A stretch of 64,000 nucleotides of DNA from Eledone cirrhosa (lineage: Eukaryota). The position numbers and the translations under genes are program-made. The stretch lies in the NCBI GenBank assembly GCA_964016885.1, contig OZ024759.1, positions 1,860,001 to 1,924,000 of the forward strand. Direction: 5' to 3'. How positions within the stretch are numbered: the stretch's first letter is position 1; each line of letters starts with the position of its first letter. This document shows, in pieces, positions 45,501 through 60,700 of this stretch. The notes under the pieces were generated by a model, which was not told the DNA's origin, did not search any database, and saw nothing but the letters and a program-made list of their open reading frames with translations.

Positions 45501-46700
45501 ACAAAGTCTATATTAGTAACATGACAAAGTCTATATTAGTAACATGACACAGTCTATATTAGTAACATGACACAGTCTATATTAGTAGCATGACACAGTC
45601 TATATTAGTAACATGATACAGTCTATATTAGTAACATGACAAAGTCTATATTAGTAATATGACAAAGTCTATATTAGTAAAATGACAAAGTCTATATTAG
45701 TAACATGACAAAGTCTTTATTAGTAACATGACACAGTCTATATTAGTAACATGACACAGTCTATATTAGTAACATGACAAAGTCTATATTAGTAACATGA
45801 CAAAGTCTATATTAGTAACATGACACAGTCTATATTAGTAACATGACACAGTCTATATTAGTAACATGACAAAGTCTATATTAGTAACATGACAAAGTCT
45901 ATATTAGTAACATGACACAGTCTATATTAGTAACATGACACAGTCTATATTAGTAACATGAGACAGTCTATATTAGTAGCATGACAAAGTCTATATTAGT
46001 AACATGACACAGTCTACATTAGTAACATGACAAAGTCTATATTAGTAACATGACACAGTCTATATTAGTAACATGAGACAGTCTATATTAGTAACATGAC
46101 AAAGTCTATATTAGTAACATGACACAGTCTATATTAGTAACATTACACAGTCTATATTAGTAACATGACAAAGTCTATATTAGTAACATGACAAAGTCTA
46201 TATTAGTAACATGACAAAGTCTATATTAGTAACATGACACAGTCTATACTAGTAACATGACACAGTCTATATTAGTAACATGACAAAGTCTATATTAGTA
46301 ACATGACAAAGTCTATATTAGTAACATGACAAAGTCTATATTAGTAACATGACAAAGTCTATATTAGTAGCATGGCACGGTCTATATTAGCAACATGACA
46401 AGGTCTATATTAGTAACATGACACAGTCTATATTAGTAGCATGACAAAGTCTGTATTAGTAACATGACAAAGTCTATATTAGTAACATGACAAAGTCTAT
46501 ATTAGTAACATGACAAAGTCTATATTAGTAACATGACACAGTCTATATTAGTAACATGACAAAGTCTATATTAGTAGCATGACAAAGTCTATATTAGTAA
46601 CATGACAAAGTCTATATTAGTAACATGACAAAGTCTATATTAGTAACATGACAAAGTCTATATTAGTGACATGACAAAGTCGATATTAGTAACATGACAA
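39450..46700. repeat. Tandem duplication of an ~3.64-kb block (offset 3644, then 3621 after loss of one monomer)
   Basis: Offset 3644: tatctt 39511/43155, 22-mer gacaagtc 40504/44148, gatgaa 41216/44860. Offset 3621: ACTAGT 42627/46248 and caacatgacaagg 42781/46402. Confidence 0.88.
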
Positions 46701-49700
46701 AGTCTATATTAGTAACATGACACAGTATATATTAGTAACATGACAGTCTATATTAGTAACATGACAGTCTACATTAGTAACATGACACAGTCTATATTAG
46801 TAACATGACAAAGTCGATATTAGTAACATTACAATGTCTATATTAGTAACATGACAAAGTCTATATTAGTAACATGACACAGTCTATATTACTAACATGA
46901 CACAGTCTATATTAGTAACATGACACAGTCTATATTAGTAGCATGACACAGTCTATATTAGTAAAATGATACAGTCTATATTAGTAACATGACAAAGTCT
47001 ATATTAGTAACATGACACAGTCTATATTAGTAACATGACACAGTCTATATTAGTAGCATGACACAGTCTATATTAGTAACATGATACAGTCTATATTAGT
47101 AACATGACACAGTCTATATTAGTAACATGACAAAGTCTACATTAGTAACATGACAAAGTCTATATTAGTAACATGACAAGGTCTATATTAGTAACATGAC
47201 ACAGTCTATATTAGTAGCATGACACAGTCTATATTAGTAACATGATACAGTCTATATTAGTAACATGACAAAGTCTATATTAGTAACATGACACAGTCTA
47301 TATTAGTAACATGACAGTCTATATTAGTAACATGACAGTCTACATTAGTAACATGACACAGTCTATATTAGTAACATGACAAAGTCGATATTAGTAACAT
47401 GACAATGTCTATATTAGTAACATGACAAAGTCTATATTAGTAACTTGACACAGTCTATATTACTAACATGACACAGTCTATATTAGTAACATGACAAAGT
47501 CTATATTAGTAACATGACAAAGTCTATGTTAGTAACATGACACAGTCTATATTAGTAACATGACACAGTCTATATTAGTAACATGACACAGTCTATATTA
47601 GTAGCATGACACAGTCTATATTAGTAACATGATACAGTCTATATTAGTAACATGACAAAGTCTATATTAGTAATATGACAAAGTCTATATTAGTAAAATG
47701 ACAAAGTCTATATTAGTAACATGACAAAGTCTTTATTAGTAACATGACACAGTCTATATTAGTAACATGACAAAGTCTATATTAGTAACATGACAAAGTC
47801 TATATTAGTAACATGACAAAGTCTATATTAGTAACATGACACAGTCTATATTAGTAACATGACAATGTCTATATTAGTAACATGACAAAGTCTATATTAG
47901 TAACATGACACAGTCTATATTACTAACATGACACAGTCTATATTAGTAACATGACAAAGTCTATATTAGTAACATGACAAAGTCTATATTAGTAACATGA
48001 CAAAGTCTATATTAGTAACATGACACAGTATATATTAGTAACATGACACAGTCTATATTAGTAGCATGACACAGTCTATATTAGTAACATGATACAGTCT
48101 ATATTAGTAACATGACAAAGTCTATATTAGTAATATGACAAAGTCTATATTAGTAAAATGACAAAGTCTATATTAGTAACATGACAAAGTCTTTATTAGT
48201 AACATGACACAGTCTATATTAGTAACATGACGAAGTCTATATTAGTAACATGACACAGTCTATATTAGTAACATGACACAGTCTATATTAGTAACATGAA
48301 AAAGTCTATATTAGTAACATGACAAAGTCTATATTAGTAACATGACAAAGTCTATATTAGTAACATGACACAGTCTATATTAGTAGCATGACACAGTCTA
48401 TATTAGCAACATGACAAAGTCTATATTAGTAACATGACACAGTCTATATTAGTAACATGACACAGTCTATATTAGTAACATGACACAGTCTATATTAGTA
48501 ACATGAGACAGTCTATATTAGTAGCATGACAAAGTCTATATTAGTAACATGACACAGTCTACATTAGTAACATGACAAAGTCTATATTAGTAACATGACA
48601 CAGTCTATATTAGTAACATGAGACAGTCTATATTAGTAACATGACTAAGTCTATATTAGTAACATGACACAGTCTATATTAGTAACATGACACAGTCTAT
48701 ATTAGTAACATGACACAGTATATATTAGTTACATGACAAAGTCTATATTAGTAACATGACAAAGTCTATATTAGTAACATGACACAGTCTATATTAGTAA
48801 CATGATGAAGTCTATATTAGTAACATGACACAGTCTATATTAGTAACATGACACAGTCTATATTAGTAACATGAAAAAGTCTATATTAGTAACATGACAA
48901 AGTCTATATTAGTAACATGACAAAGTCTATATTAGTAACATGACAAAGTCTATATTAGTAGCATGACACAGTCTATATTAGCAACATGACAAAGTCTATA
49001 TTAGTAACATGACACAGTCTATATTAGTAACATGACACAGTCTATATTAGTAACATGACACAGTCTATATTAGTAACATGACAACGTCTACATTAGTAAC
49101 ATGACAAAGTCTATATTAGTAACATGACAAGGTCTATATTAGTAACATGACACAGTCTATATTAGTAGCATGACACAGTCTATATTAGTAACATGATACA
49201 GTCTATATTAGTAACATGACAAAGTCTATATTAGTAACATGACACAGTCTATATTAGTAACATGACAGTCTATATTAGTAACATGACAGTCTACATTAGT
49301 AACATGACACAGTCTATATTAGTAACATGACAAAGTCGATATTAGTAACATGACAATGTCTATATTAGTAACATGACAAAGTCTATATTAGTAACATGAC
49401 ACAGTCTATATTACTAACATGACACAGTCTATATTAGTAACATGACAAAGTCTATATTAGTAACATGACAAAGTCTATATTAGTAACATGACAAAGTCTA
49501 TATTAGTAACATGACACAGTCTATATTAGTAACATGACACAGTCTATATTAGTAGCATGACACAGTCTATATTAGTAACATGATACAGTCTATATTAGTA
49601 ACATGACAAAGTCTATATTAGTAATATGACAAAGTCTATATTAGTAAAATGACAAAGTCTATATTAGTAACATGACAAAGTCTTTATTAGTAACATGACA

Positions 49701-52440
49701 CAGTCTATATTAGTAACATGACACAGTCTATATTAGTAACATGACAAAGTCTATATTAGTAACATGACAAAGTCTATATTAGTAACATGACACAGTCTAT
49801 ATTAGTAACATGACACAGTCTATATTAGTAACATGACAAAGTCTATATTAGTAACATGACAAAGTCTATATTAGTAACATGACACAGTCTATATTAGTAA
49901 CATGACACAGTCTATATTAGTAACATGAGACAGTCTATATTAGTAGCATGACAAAGTCTATATTAGTAACATGACACAGTCTACATTAGTAACATGACAA
50001 AGTCTATATTAGTAACATGACACAGTCTATATTAGTAACATGAGACAGTCTATATTAGTAACATGACAAAGTCTATATTAGTAACATGACACAGTCTATA
50101 TTAGTAACATGACACAGTCTATATTAGTAACATGACAAAGTCTATATTAGTAACATGACAAAGTCTATATTAGTAACATGACAAAGTCTATATTAGTAAC
50201 ATGACACAGTCTATACTAGTAACATGACACAGTCTATATTAGTAACATGACAAAGTCTATATTAGTAACATGACAAAGTCTATATTAGTAACATGACAAA
50301 GTCTATATTAGTAACATGACAAAGTCTATATTAGTAACATGACAAAGTCTATATTAGTAACATGACAAAGTCTATATTAGTAACATGACACAGTCTATAT
50401 TAGTAACATGACAAAGTCTATATTAGTAGCATGACAAAGTCTATATTAGTAACATGACAAAGTCTATATTAGTAACATGACAAAGTCTATATTAGTAACA
50501 TGACAAAGTCTATATTAGTGACATGACAAAGTCGATATTAGTAACATGACAAAGTCTATATTAGTAACATGACACAGTATATATTAGTAACATGACAGTC
50601 TATATTAGTAACATGACAGTCTACATTAGTAACATGACACAGTCTATATTAGTAACATGACAAAGTCGATATTAGTAACATTACAATGTCTATATTAGTA
50701 ACATGACAAAGTCTATATTAGTAACATGACACAGTCTATATTACTAACATGACACAGTCTATATTAGTAACATGACACAGTCTATATTAGTAGCATGACA
50801 CAGTCTATATTAGTAAAATGATACAGTCTATATTAGTAACATGACAAAGTCTATATTAGTAACATGACACAGTCTATATTAGTAACATGACACAGTCTAT
50901 ATTAGTAGCATGACACAGTCTATATTAGTAACATGATACAGTCTATATTAGTAACATGACAAAGTCTATATTAGTAACATGACAAAGTCTATATTAGTAA
51001 AATGACAAAGTCTATATTAGTAACATGACAAAGTCTTTATTAGTAACATGACACAGTCTATATTAGTAACATGACAAAGTCTACATTAGTAACATGACAA
51101 AGTCTATATTAGTAACATGACAAGGTCTATATTAGTAACATGACACAGTCTATATTAGTAGCATGACACAGTCTATATTAGTAACATGATACAGTCTATA
51201 TTAGTAACATGACAAAGTCTATATTAGTAACATGACACAGTCTATATTAGTAACATGACAGTCTATATTAGTAACATGACAGTCTACATTAGTAAAATGA
51301 CACAGTCTATATTAGTAACATGACAAAGTCGATATTAGTAACATGACAATGTCTATATTAGTAACATGACAAAGTCTATATTAGTAACTTGACACAGTCT
51401 ATATTACTAACATGACACAGTCTATATTAGTAACATGACAAAGTCTATATTAGTAACATGACAAAGTCTATGTTAGTAACATGACACAGTCTATATTAGT
51501 AACATGACACAGTCTATATTAGTAACATGACACAGTCTATATTAGTAGCATGACACAGTCTATATTAGTAACATGATACAGTCTATATTAGTAACATGAC
51601 AAAGTCTATATTAGTAATATGACAAAGTCTATATTAGTAAAATGACAAAGTCTATATTAGTAACATGACAAAGTCTTTATTAGTAACATGACACAGTCTA
51701 TATTAGTAACATGACAAAGTCTATATTAGTAACATGACAAAGTCTATATTAGTAACATGACAAAGTCTATATTAGTAACATGACACAGTCTATATTAGTA
51801 ACATGACAATGTCTATATTAGTAACATGACAAAGTCTATATTAGTAACATGACACAGTCTATATTACTAACATGACACAGTCTATATTAGTAACATGACA
51901 AAGTCTATATTAGTAACATGACAAAGTCTATATTAGTAACATGACAAAGTCTATATTAGTAACATGACACAGTATATATTAGTAACATGACACAGTCTAT
52001 ATTAGTAGCATGACACAGTCTATATTAGTAACATGATACAGTCTATATTAGTAACATGACAAAGTCTATATTAGTAATATGACAAAGTCTATATTAGTAA
52101 AATGACAAAGTCTATATTAGTAACATGACAAAGTCTTTATTAGTAACATGACACAGTCTATATTAGTAACATGACGAAGTCTATATTAGTAACATGACAC
52201 AGTCTATATTAGTAACATGACACAGTCTATATTAGTAACATGAAAAAGTCTATATTAGTAACATGACAAAGTCTATATTAGTAACATGACAAAGTCTATA
52301 TTAGTAACATGACACAGTCTATATTAGTAGCATGACACAGTCTATATTAGCAACATGACAAAGTCTATATTAGTAACATGACACAGTCTATATTAGTAAC
52401 ATGACACAGTCTATATTAGTAACATGACACAGTCTATATT
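46450..52440. repeat. Duplicated ~2-kb block at offset 3852-3944 (~46450-48490 repeated at ~50300-52440)
   Basis: Private markers: cattacaatg 46829/50681 (offset 3852), aacttg 47444/51388 and gacgaa 48229/52173 (offset 3944). The 92-bp difference equals 4 monomers. Boundaries are approximate. Confidence 0.8.
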
Positions 52441-55000
52441 AGTAACATGACAAAGTCTACATTAGTAACATGACAAAGTCTATATTAGTAACATGACAAG
52501 GTCTATATTAGTAACATGACACAGTCTATATTAGTAGCATGACACAGTCTATATTAGTAACATGATACAGTCTATATTAGTAACATGACAAAGTCTATAT
52601 TAGTAACATGACACAGTCTATATTAGTAACATGACAGTCTATATTAGTAACATGACAGTCTACATTAGTAACATGACACAGTCTATATTAGTAACATGAC
52701 AAAGTCGATATTAGTAACATGACAATGTCTATATTAGTAACATGACAAAGTCTATATTAGTAACATGACACAGTCTATATTACTAACATGACACAGTCTA
52801 TATTAGTAACATGACAAAGTCTATATTAGTAACATGACAAAGTCTATATTAGTAACATGACAAAGTCTATATTAGTAACATGACACAGTCTATATTAGTA
52901 ACATGACACAGTCTATATTAGTAGCATGACACAGTCTATATTAGTAACATGATACAGTCTATATTAGTAACATGACAAAGTCTATATTAGTAATATGACA
53001 AAGTCTATATTAGTAAAATGACAAAGTCTATATTAGTAACATGACAAAGTCTTTATTAGTAACATGACACAGTCTATATTAGTAACATGACACAGTCTAT
53101 ATTAGTAACATGACAAAGTCTATATTAGTAACATGACAAAGTCTATATTAGTAACATGACACAGTCTATATTAGTAACATGACACAGTCTATATTAGTAA
53201 CATGACAAAGTCTATATTAGTAACATGACAAAGTCTATATTAGTAACATGACACAGTCTATATTAGTAACATGACACAGTCTATATTAGTAACATGAGAC
53301 AGTCTATATTAGTAGCATGACAAAGTCTATATTAGTAACATGACACAGTCTACATTAGTAACATGACAAAGTCTATATTAGTAACATGACACAGTCTATA
53401 TTAGTAACATGACAATGTCTATATTAGTAACATGACAAAGTCTATATTAGTAACATGACACAGTCTATATTACTAACATGACACGGTCTATATTAGTAAC
53501 ATGACAAAGTCTATATTAGTAACATGACAAAGTCTATATTAGTAACATGACAAAGTCTATATTAGTAACATGACACAGTATATATTAGTAACATGACACA
53601 GTCTATATTAGTAGCATGACACAGTCTATATTAGTAACATGATACAGTCTATATTAGTAACATGACAAAGTCTATATTAGTAATATGACAAAGTCTATAT
53701 TAGTAAAATGACAAAGTCTATATTAGTAACATGACAAAGTCTTTATTAGTAACATGACACAGTCTATATTAGTAACATGACGAAGTCTATATTAGTAACA
53801 TGACACAGTCTATATTAGTAACATGACACAGTCTATATTAGTAACATGAAAAAGTCTATATTAGTAACATGACAAAGTCTATATTAGTAACATGACAAAG
53901 TCTATATTAGTAACATGACACAGTCTATATTAGTAGCATGACACAGTCTATATTAGCAACATGACAAAGTCTATATTAGTAACATGACACAGTCTATATT
54001 AGTAACATGACACAGTCTATATTAGTAACATGACACAGTCTATATTAGTAACATGACAAAGTCTACATTAGTAACATGACAAAGTCTATATTAGTAACAT
54101 GACAAGGTCTATATTAGTAACATGACACAGTCTATATTAGTAGCATGACACAGTCTATATTAGTAACATGATACAGTCTATATTAGTAACATGACAAAGT
54201 CTATATTAGTAACATGACACAGTCTATATTAGTAACATGACAGTCTATATTAGTAACATGACAGTCTACATTAGTAACATGACACAGTCTATATTAGTAA
54301 CATGACAAAGTCGATATTAGTAACATGACAATGTCTATATTAGTAACATGACAAAGTCTATATTAGTAACATGACACAGTCTATATTACTAACATGACAC
54401 AGTCTATATTAGTAACATGACAAAGTCTATATTAGTAACATGACAAAGTCTATATTAGTAACATGACAAAGTCTATATTAGTAACATGACACAGTCTATA
54501 TTAGTAACATGACACAGTCTATATTAGTAGCATGACACAGTCTATATTAGTAACATGATACAGTCTATATTAGTAACATGACAAAGTCTATATTAGTAAT
54601 ATGACAAAGTCTATATTAGTAAAATGACAAAGTCTATATTAGTAACATGACAAAGTCTTTATTAGTAACATGACACAGTCTATATTAGTAACATGACACA
54701 GTCTATATTAGTAACATGACAAAGTCTATATTAGTAACATGACAAAGTCTATATTAGTAACATGACACAGTCTATATTAGTAACATGACACAGTCTATAT
54801 TAGTAACATGACAAAGTCTATATTAGTAACATGACAAAGTCTATATTAGTAACATGACACAGTCTATATTAGTAACATGACACAGTCTATATTAGTAACA
54901 TGAGACAGTCTATATTAGTAGCATGACAAAGTCTATATTAGTAACATGACACAGTCTACATTAGTAACATGACAAAGTCTATATTAGTAACATGACACAG
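51790..55000. repeat. Tandem duplication of a 1606-bp (70-monomer) block
   Basis: gacgaa 52173/53779 and 21-mer pair 52633/54239, with the same variant order in between. 70x23 - 4 = 1606. Confidence 0.82.
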
Positions 55001-56539
55001 TCTATATTAGTAACATGAGACAGTCTATATTAGTAACATGACAAAGTCTATATTAGTAACATGACACAGTCTATATTAGTAACATGACACAGTCTATATT
55101 AGTAACATGACAAAGTCTACATTAGTAACATGACAAAGTCTATATTAGTAACATGACAAAGTCTATATTAGTAACATGACACAGTCTATACTAGTAACAT
55201 GACACAGTCTATATTAGTAACATGACAAAGTCTATATTAGTAACATGACAAAGTCTATATTAGTAAAATGACAAAGTCTATATTAGTAACATGACAAAGT
55301 CTATATTAGTAGCATGACACAGTCTATATTAGCAACATGACAAAGTCTATATTAGTAACATGACACAGTCTATATTAGTGGCATGACAAAGTCTGTATTA
55401 GTAACATGACAAAGTCTATATTAGTAACATGACAAAGTCTATATTAGTAACATGACAAAGTCTATATTAGTAACATGACACAGTCTATATTAGTAACATG
55501 ACAAAGTCTATATTAGTAGCATGACAAAGTCTATATTAGTAACATGACAAAGTCTATATTAGTAACATGACAAAGTCTATATTAGTAACATGACAAAGTC
55601 TATATTAGTGACATGACAAAGTCGATATTAGTAACATGACAAAGTCTATATTAGTAACATGACACAGTATATATTAGTAACATGACAGTCTATATTAGTA
55701 ACATGACAGTCTACATTAGTAACATGACACAGTCTATATTAGTAACATGACAAAGTCGATATTAGTAACATGACAATGTCTATATTAGTAACATGACAAA
55801 GTCTATATTAGTAACATGACACAGTCTATATTACTAACATGACACAGTCTATATTAGTAACATGACACAGTCTATATTAGTAGCATGACACAGTCTATAT
55901 TAGTAACATGATACAGTCTATATTAGTAACATGACAAAGTCTATATTAGTAACATGACACAGTCTATATTAGTAACATGACACAGTCTATATTAGTAGCA
56001 TGACACAGTCTATATTAGTAACATGATACAGTCTATATTAGTAACATGACAAAGTCTATATTAGTAACATGACAAAGTCTATATTAGTAAAATGACAAAG
56101 TCTATATTAGTAACATGACAAAGTCTTTATTAGTAACATGACACAGTCTATATTAGTAACATGACAAAGTCTACATTAGTAACATGACAAAGTCTATATT
56201 AGTAACATGACAAGGTCTATATTAGTAACATGACACAGTCTATATTAGTAGCATGACACAGTCTATATTAGTAACATGATACAGTCTATATTAGTAACAT
56301 GACAAAGTCTATATTAGTAACATGACACAGTCTATATTAGTAACATGACAGTCTATATTAGTAACATGACAGTCTACATTAGTAACATGACACAGTCTAT
56401 ATTAGTAACATGACAAAGTCGATATTAGTAACATGACAATGTCTATATTAGTAACATGACAAAGTCTATATTAGTAACATGACACAGTCTATATTACTAA
56501 CATGACACAGTCTATATTAGTAACATGACAAAGTCTATA

Positions 56540-57780
56540 TTAGTAACATGACAAAGTCTATATTAGTAACATGACAAAGTCTATATTAGTAACATGACAC
56601 AGTCTATATTAGTAACATGACACAGTCTATATTAGTAGCATGACACAGTCTATATTAGTAACATGATACAGTCTATATTAGTAACATGACAAAGTCTATA
56701 TTAGTAATATGACAAAGTCTATATTAGTAAAATGACAAAGTCTATATTAGTAACATGACAAAGTCTTTATTAGTAACATGACACAGTCTATATTAGTAAC
56801 ATGACACAGTCTATATTAGTAACATGACAAAGTCTATATTAGTAACATGACAAAGTCTATATTAGTAACATGACACAGTCTATATTAGTAACATGACACA
56901 GTCTATATTAGTAACATGACAAAGTCTATATTAGTTACATGACAAAGTCTATATTAGTAACATGACACAGTCTATATTAGTAACATGACACAGTCTATAT
57001 TAGTAACATGAGACAGTCTATATTAGTAGCATGACAAAGTCTATATTAGTAACATGACACAGTCTACATTAGTAACATGACAAAGTCTATATTAGTAACA
57101 TGACACAGTCTATATTAGTAACATGAGACAGTCTATATTAGTAACATGACAAAGTCTATATTAGTAACATGACAAAGTCTATATTAGTAACATGACAAAG
57201 TCTATATTAGTAACATGACACAGTCTATATTAGTAACATGACACAGTCTATATTAGTAGCATGACACAGTCTATAATAGTAACATGATACAGTCTATATT
57301 AGTAACATGACAAAGTCTATATTAGTAATATGACAAAGTCTATATTAGTAAAATGACAAAGTCTATATTAGTAACATGACAAAGTCTTTATTAGTAACAT
57401 GACACAGTCTATATTAGTAACATGACACAGTCTATATTAGTAACATGACAAAGTCTATATTAGTAACATGACAAAGTCTATATTAGTAACATGACACAGT
57501 CTATATTAGTAACATGACACAGTCTATATTAGTAACATGACAAAGTCTATATTAGTTACATGACAAAGTCTATATTAGTAACATGACACAGTCTATATTA
57601 GTAACATGACACAGTCTATATTAGTAACATGAGACAGTCTATATTAGTAGCATGACAAAGTCTATATTAGAAACATGACACAGTCTACATTAGTAACATG
57701 ACAAAGTCTATATTAGTAACATGACACAGTCTATATTAGTAACATGAGACAGTCTATATTAGTAACATGACAAAGTCTAT
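56540..57780. repeat. Tandem duplication of a 621-bp (27-monomer) block
   Basis: The variant tagttac occurs in the CCAACCAACC context only at 56936 and 57557 (621 = 27x23), and the flanking variant order is repeated. Boundaries are approximate. Confidence 0.78.
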
Positions 57781-60700
57781 ATTAGTAACATGACACAGTC
57801 TATATTAGTAACATGACACAGTCTATATTAGTAACATGACAAAGTCTATATTAGTAACATGACAAAGTCTATATTAGTAACATGACAAAGTCTATATTAG
57901 TAACATGACAAAGTCTATATTAGTAGCATGACACAGTCTATATTAGCAACATGACAAAGTCTATATTAGTAGCATGACACAGTCTATATTAGTAGCATGA
58001 CAAAGTCTGTATTAGTAACATGACAAAGTCTATATTAGTAACATGACAAAGTCTATATTAGTAACATGACAAAGTCTATATTAGTAACATGACACAGTCT
58101 ATATTAGTAACATGACAAAGTCTATATTAGTAGCATGACAAAGTCTATATTAGTAACATGACAAAGTCTATATTAGTAACATGACAAAGTCTATATTAGT
58201 AACATGACAAAGTCTATATTAGTAACATGACAAAGTCGATATTAGTAACATGACAAAGTCTATATTAGTAACATGACACAGTATATATTAGTAACATGAC
58301 AGTCTATATTAGTAACATGACAGTCTACATTAGTAACATGACACAGTCTATATTAGTAACATGACAAAGTCGATATTAGTAACATGACAATGTCTATATT
58401 AGTAACATGACAAAGTCTATATTAGTAACATGACACAGTCTATATTACTAACATGACACAGTCTATATTAGTAACATGACACAGTCTATATTAGTAACAT
58501 GACAAAGTCTATATTAGTAACATGACAAAGTCTATATTAGTAACATGACAAAGTCTATATTAGTAACATGACACAGTCTATATTAGTAGCATGACACAGT
58601 CTATATTAGTAACATGATACAGTCTATATTAGTAACATGACAAAGTCTATATTAGTAACATGACAAAGTCTATATTAGTAGCATGACAAAGTCTATATTA
58701 GTAACATGACACAGTCTACATTAGTAACATGACAAAGTCTATATTAGTAACATGACACAGTCTATATTAGTAACATGAGACAGTCTATATTAGAAACATG
58801 ACTAAGTCTATATTAGTAACATGACACAGTCTATATTAGTAACATGACACAGTCTATATTAGTAACATGACAAAGTCTATATTAGTTACATGACAAAGTC
58901 TATATTAGTAACATGACAAAGTCTATATTAGTAACATGACACAGTCTATATTAATAACATGACACAGTCTATATTAGTAGAATGACACAGTCTATATTAG
59001 TAACATGATACAGTCTATATTAGTAACATGACAAAGTCTATATTAGTAACATGACAAAGTCTATATTAGTAAAATGACAAAGACTATATTAGTAACATGA
59101 CAAAGTCTTTATTAGTAACATGACACAGTCTATATTAGTAACATGAAAGAGTCTACATTAGTAAAATGACAAAGTCTATATTAGTAACATGACAAGGTCT
59201 ATATTAGTAACATGACACAGTCTATATTAGTAGCATGACACAGTCTATATTAGTAACATGATACAGTCTATATTAGTAACATGACAAAGTCTATATTAGT
59301 AACATGACACAGTCTATATTAGTAACATGACAGTCTATATTAGTAACATGACAGTCTACATTAGTAACATGACACAGTCTATATTAGTAACATGACAAAG
59401 TCGATATTAGTAACATGACAATGTCTATATTAGTAACATGACAAAGTCTATATTAGTAACATGACACAGTCTATATTACTAACATGACACAGTCTATATT
59501 AGTAACATGACAAAGTCTATATTAGTAACATGACAAAGTCTATATTAGTAACATGACAAAGTCTATATTAGTAACATGACACAGTCTATATTAGTAACAT
59601 GACACAGTCTATATTAGTAGCATGACACAGTCTATATTAGTAACATGATACAGTCTATATTAGTAACATGACAAAGTCTATATTAGTAATATGACAAAGT
59701 CTATATTAGTAAAATGACAAAGTCTATATTAGTAACATGACAAAGTCTATATTAGTAACATGACACAGTCTATATTAGTAACATGACACAGTCTATATTA
59801 GTAACATGACAAAGTCTATATTAGTAACATGACAAAGTCTATATTAGTAACATGACACAGTCTATATTAGTAACATGACACAGTCTATATTAGTAACATG
59901 AGACAGTCTATATTAGTAGCATGACAAAGTCTATATTAGTAACATGACACAGTCTACATTAGTAACATGACAAAGTCTATATTAGTAACATGACACAGTC
60001 TATATTAGTAACATGAGACAGTCTATATTAGTAACATGACAAAGTCTATATTAGTAACATGACACAGTCTATATTAGTAACATGACACAGTCTATATTAG
60101 TAACATGACAAAGTCTATATTAGTAACATGACAAAGTCTATATTAGTAACATGACAAAGTCTATATTAGTAACATGACACAGTCTATACTAGTAACATGA
60201 CACAGTGTATATTAGTAACATGACAAAGTCTATATTAGTAACATGACAAAGTCTATATTAGTAACATGACAAAGTCTATATTAGTAACATGACAAAGTCT
60301 ATATTAGTAGCATGACACAGTCTATATTAGCAACATGACAAAGTCTATATTAGTAACATGACACAGTCTATATTAGTAGCATGACAAAGTCTGTATTAGT
60401 AACATGACAAAGTCTATATTAGTAACATGACAAAGTCTATATTAGTAACATGACAAAGTCTATATTAGTAACATGACACAGTCTATATTAGTAACATGAC
60501 AAAGTCTATATTAGTTACATGACAAAGTCTATATTAGTAACATGACAAAGTCTATATTAGTAACATGACACAGTCTATATTAGTAACATGACACAGTCTA
60601 TATTAGTAGCATGACACAGTCTATATTAGTAACATGATAAGTCTATATTAGTAACATGACAAAGTCTATATTAGTAACATGACAAAGTCTATATTAGTAA

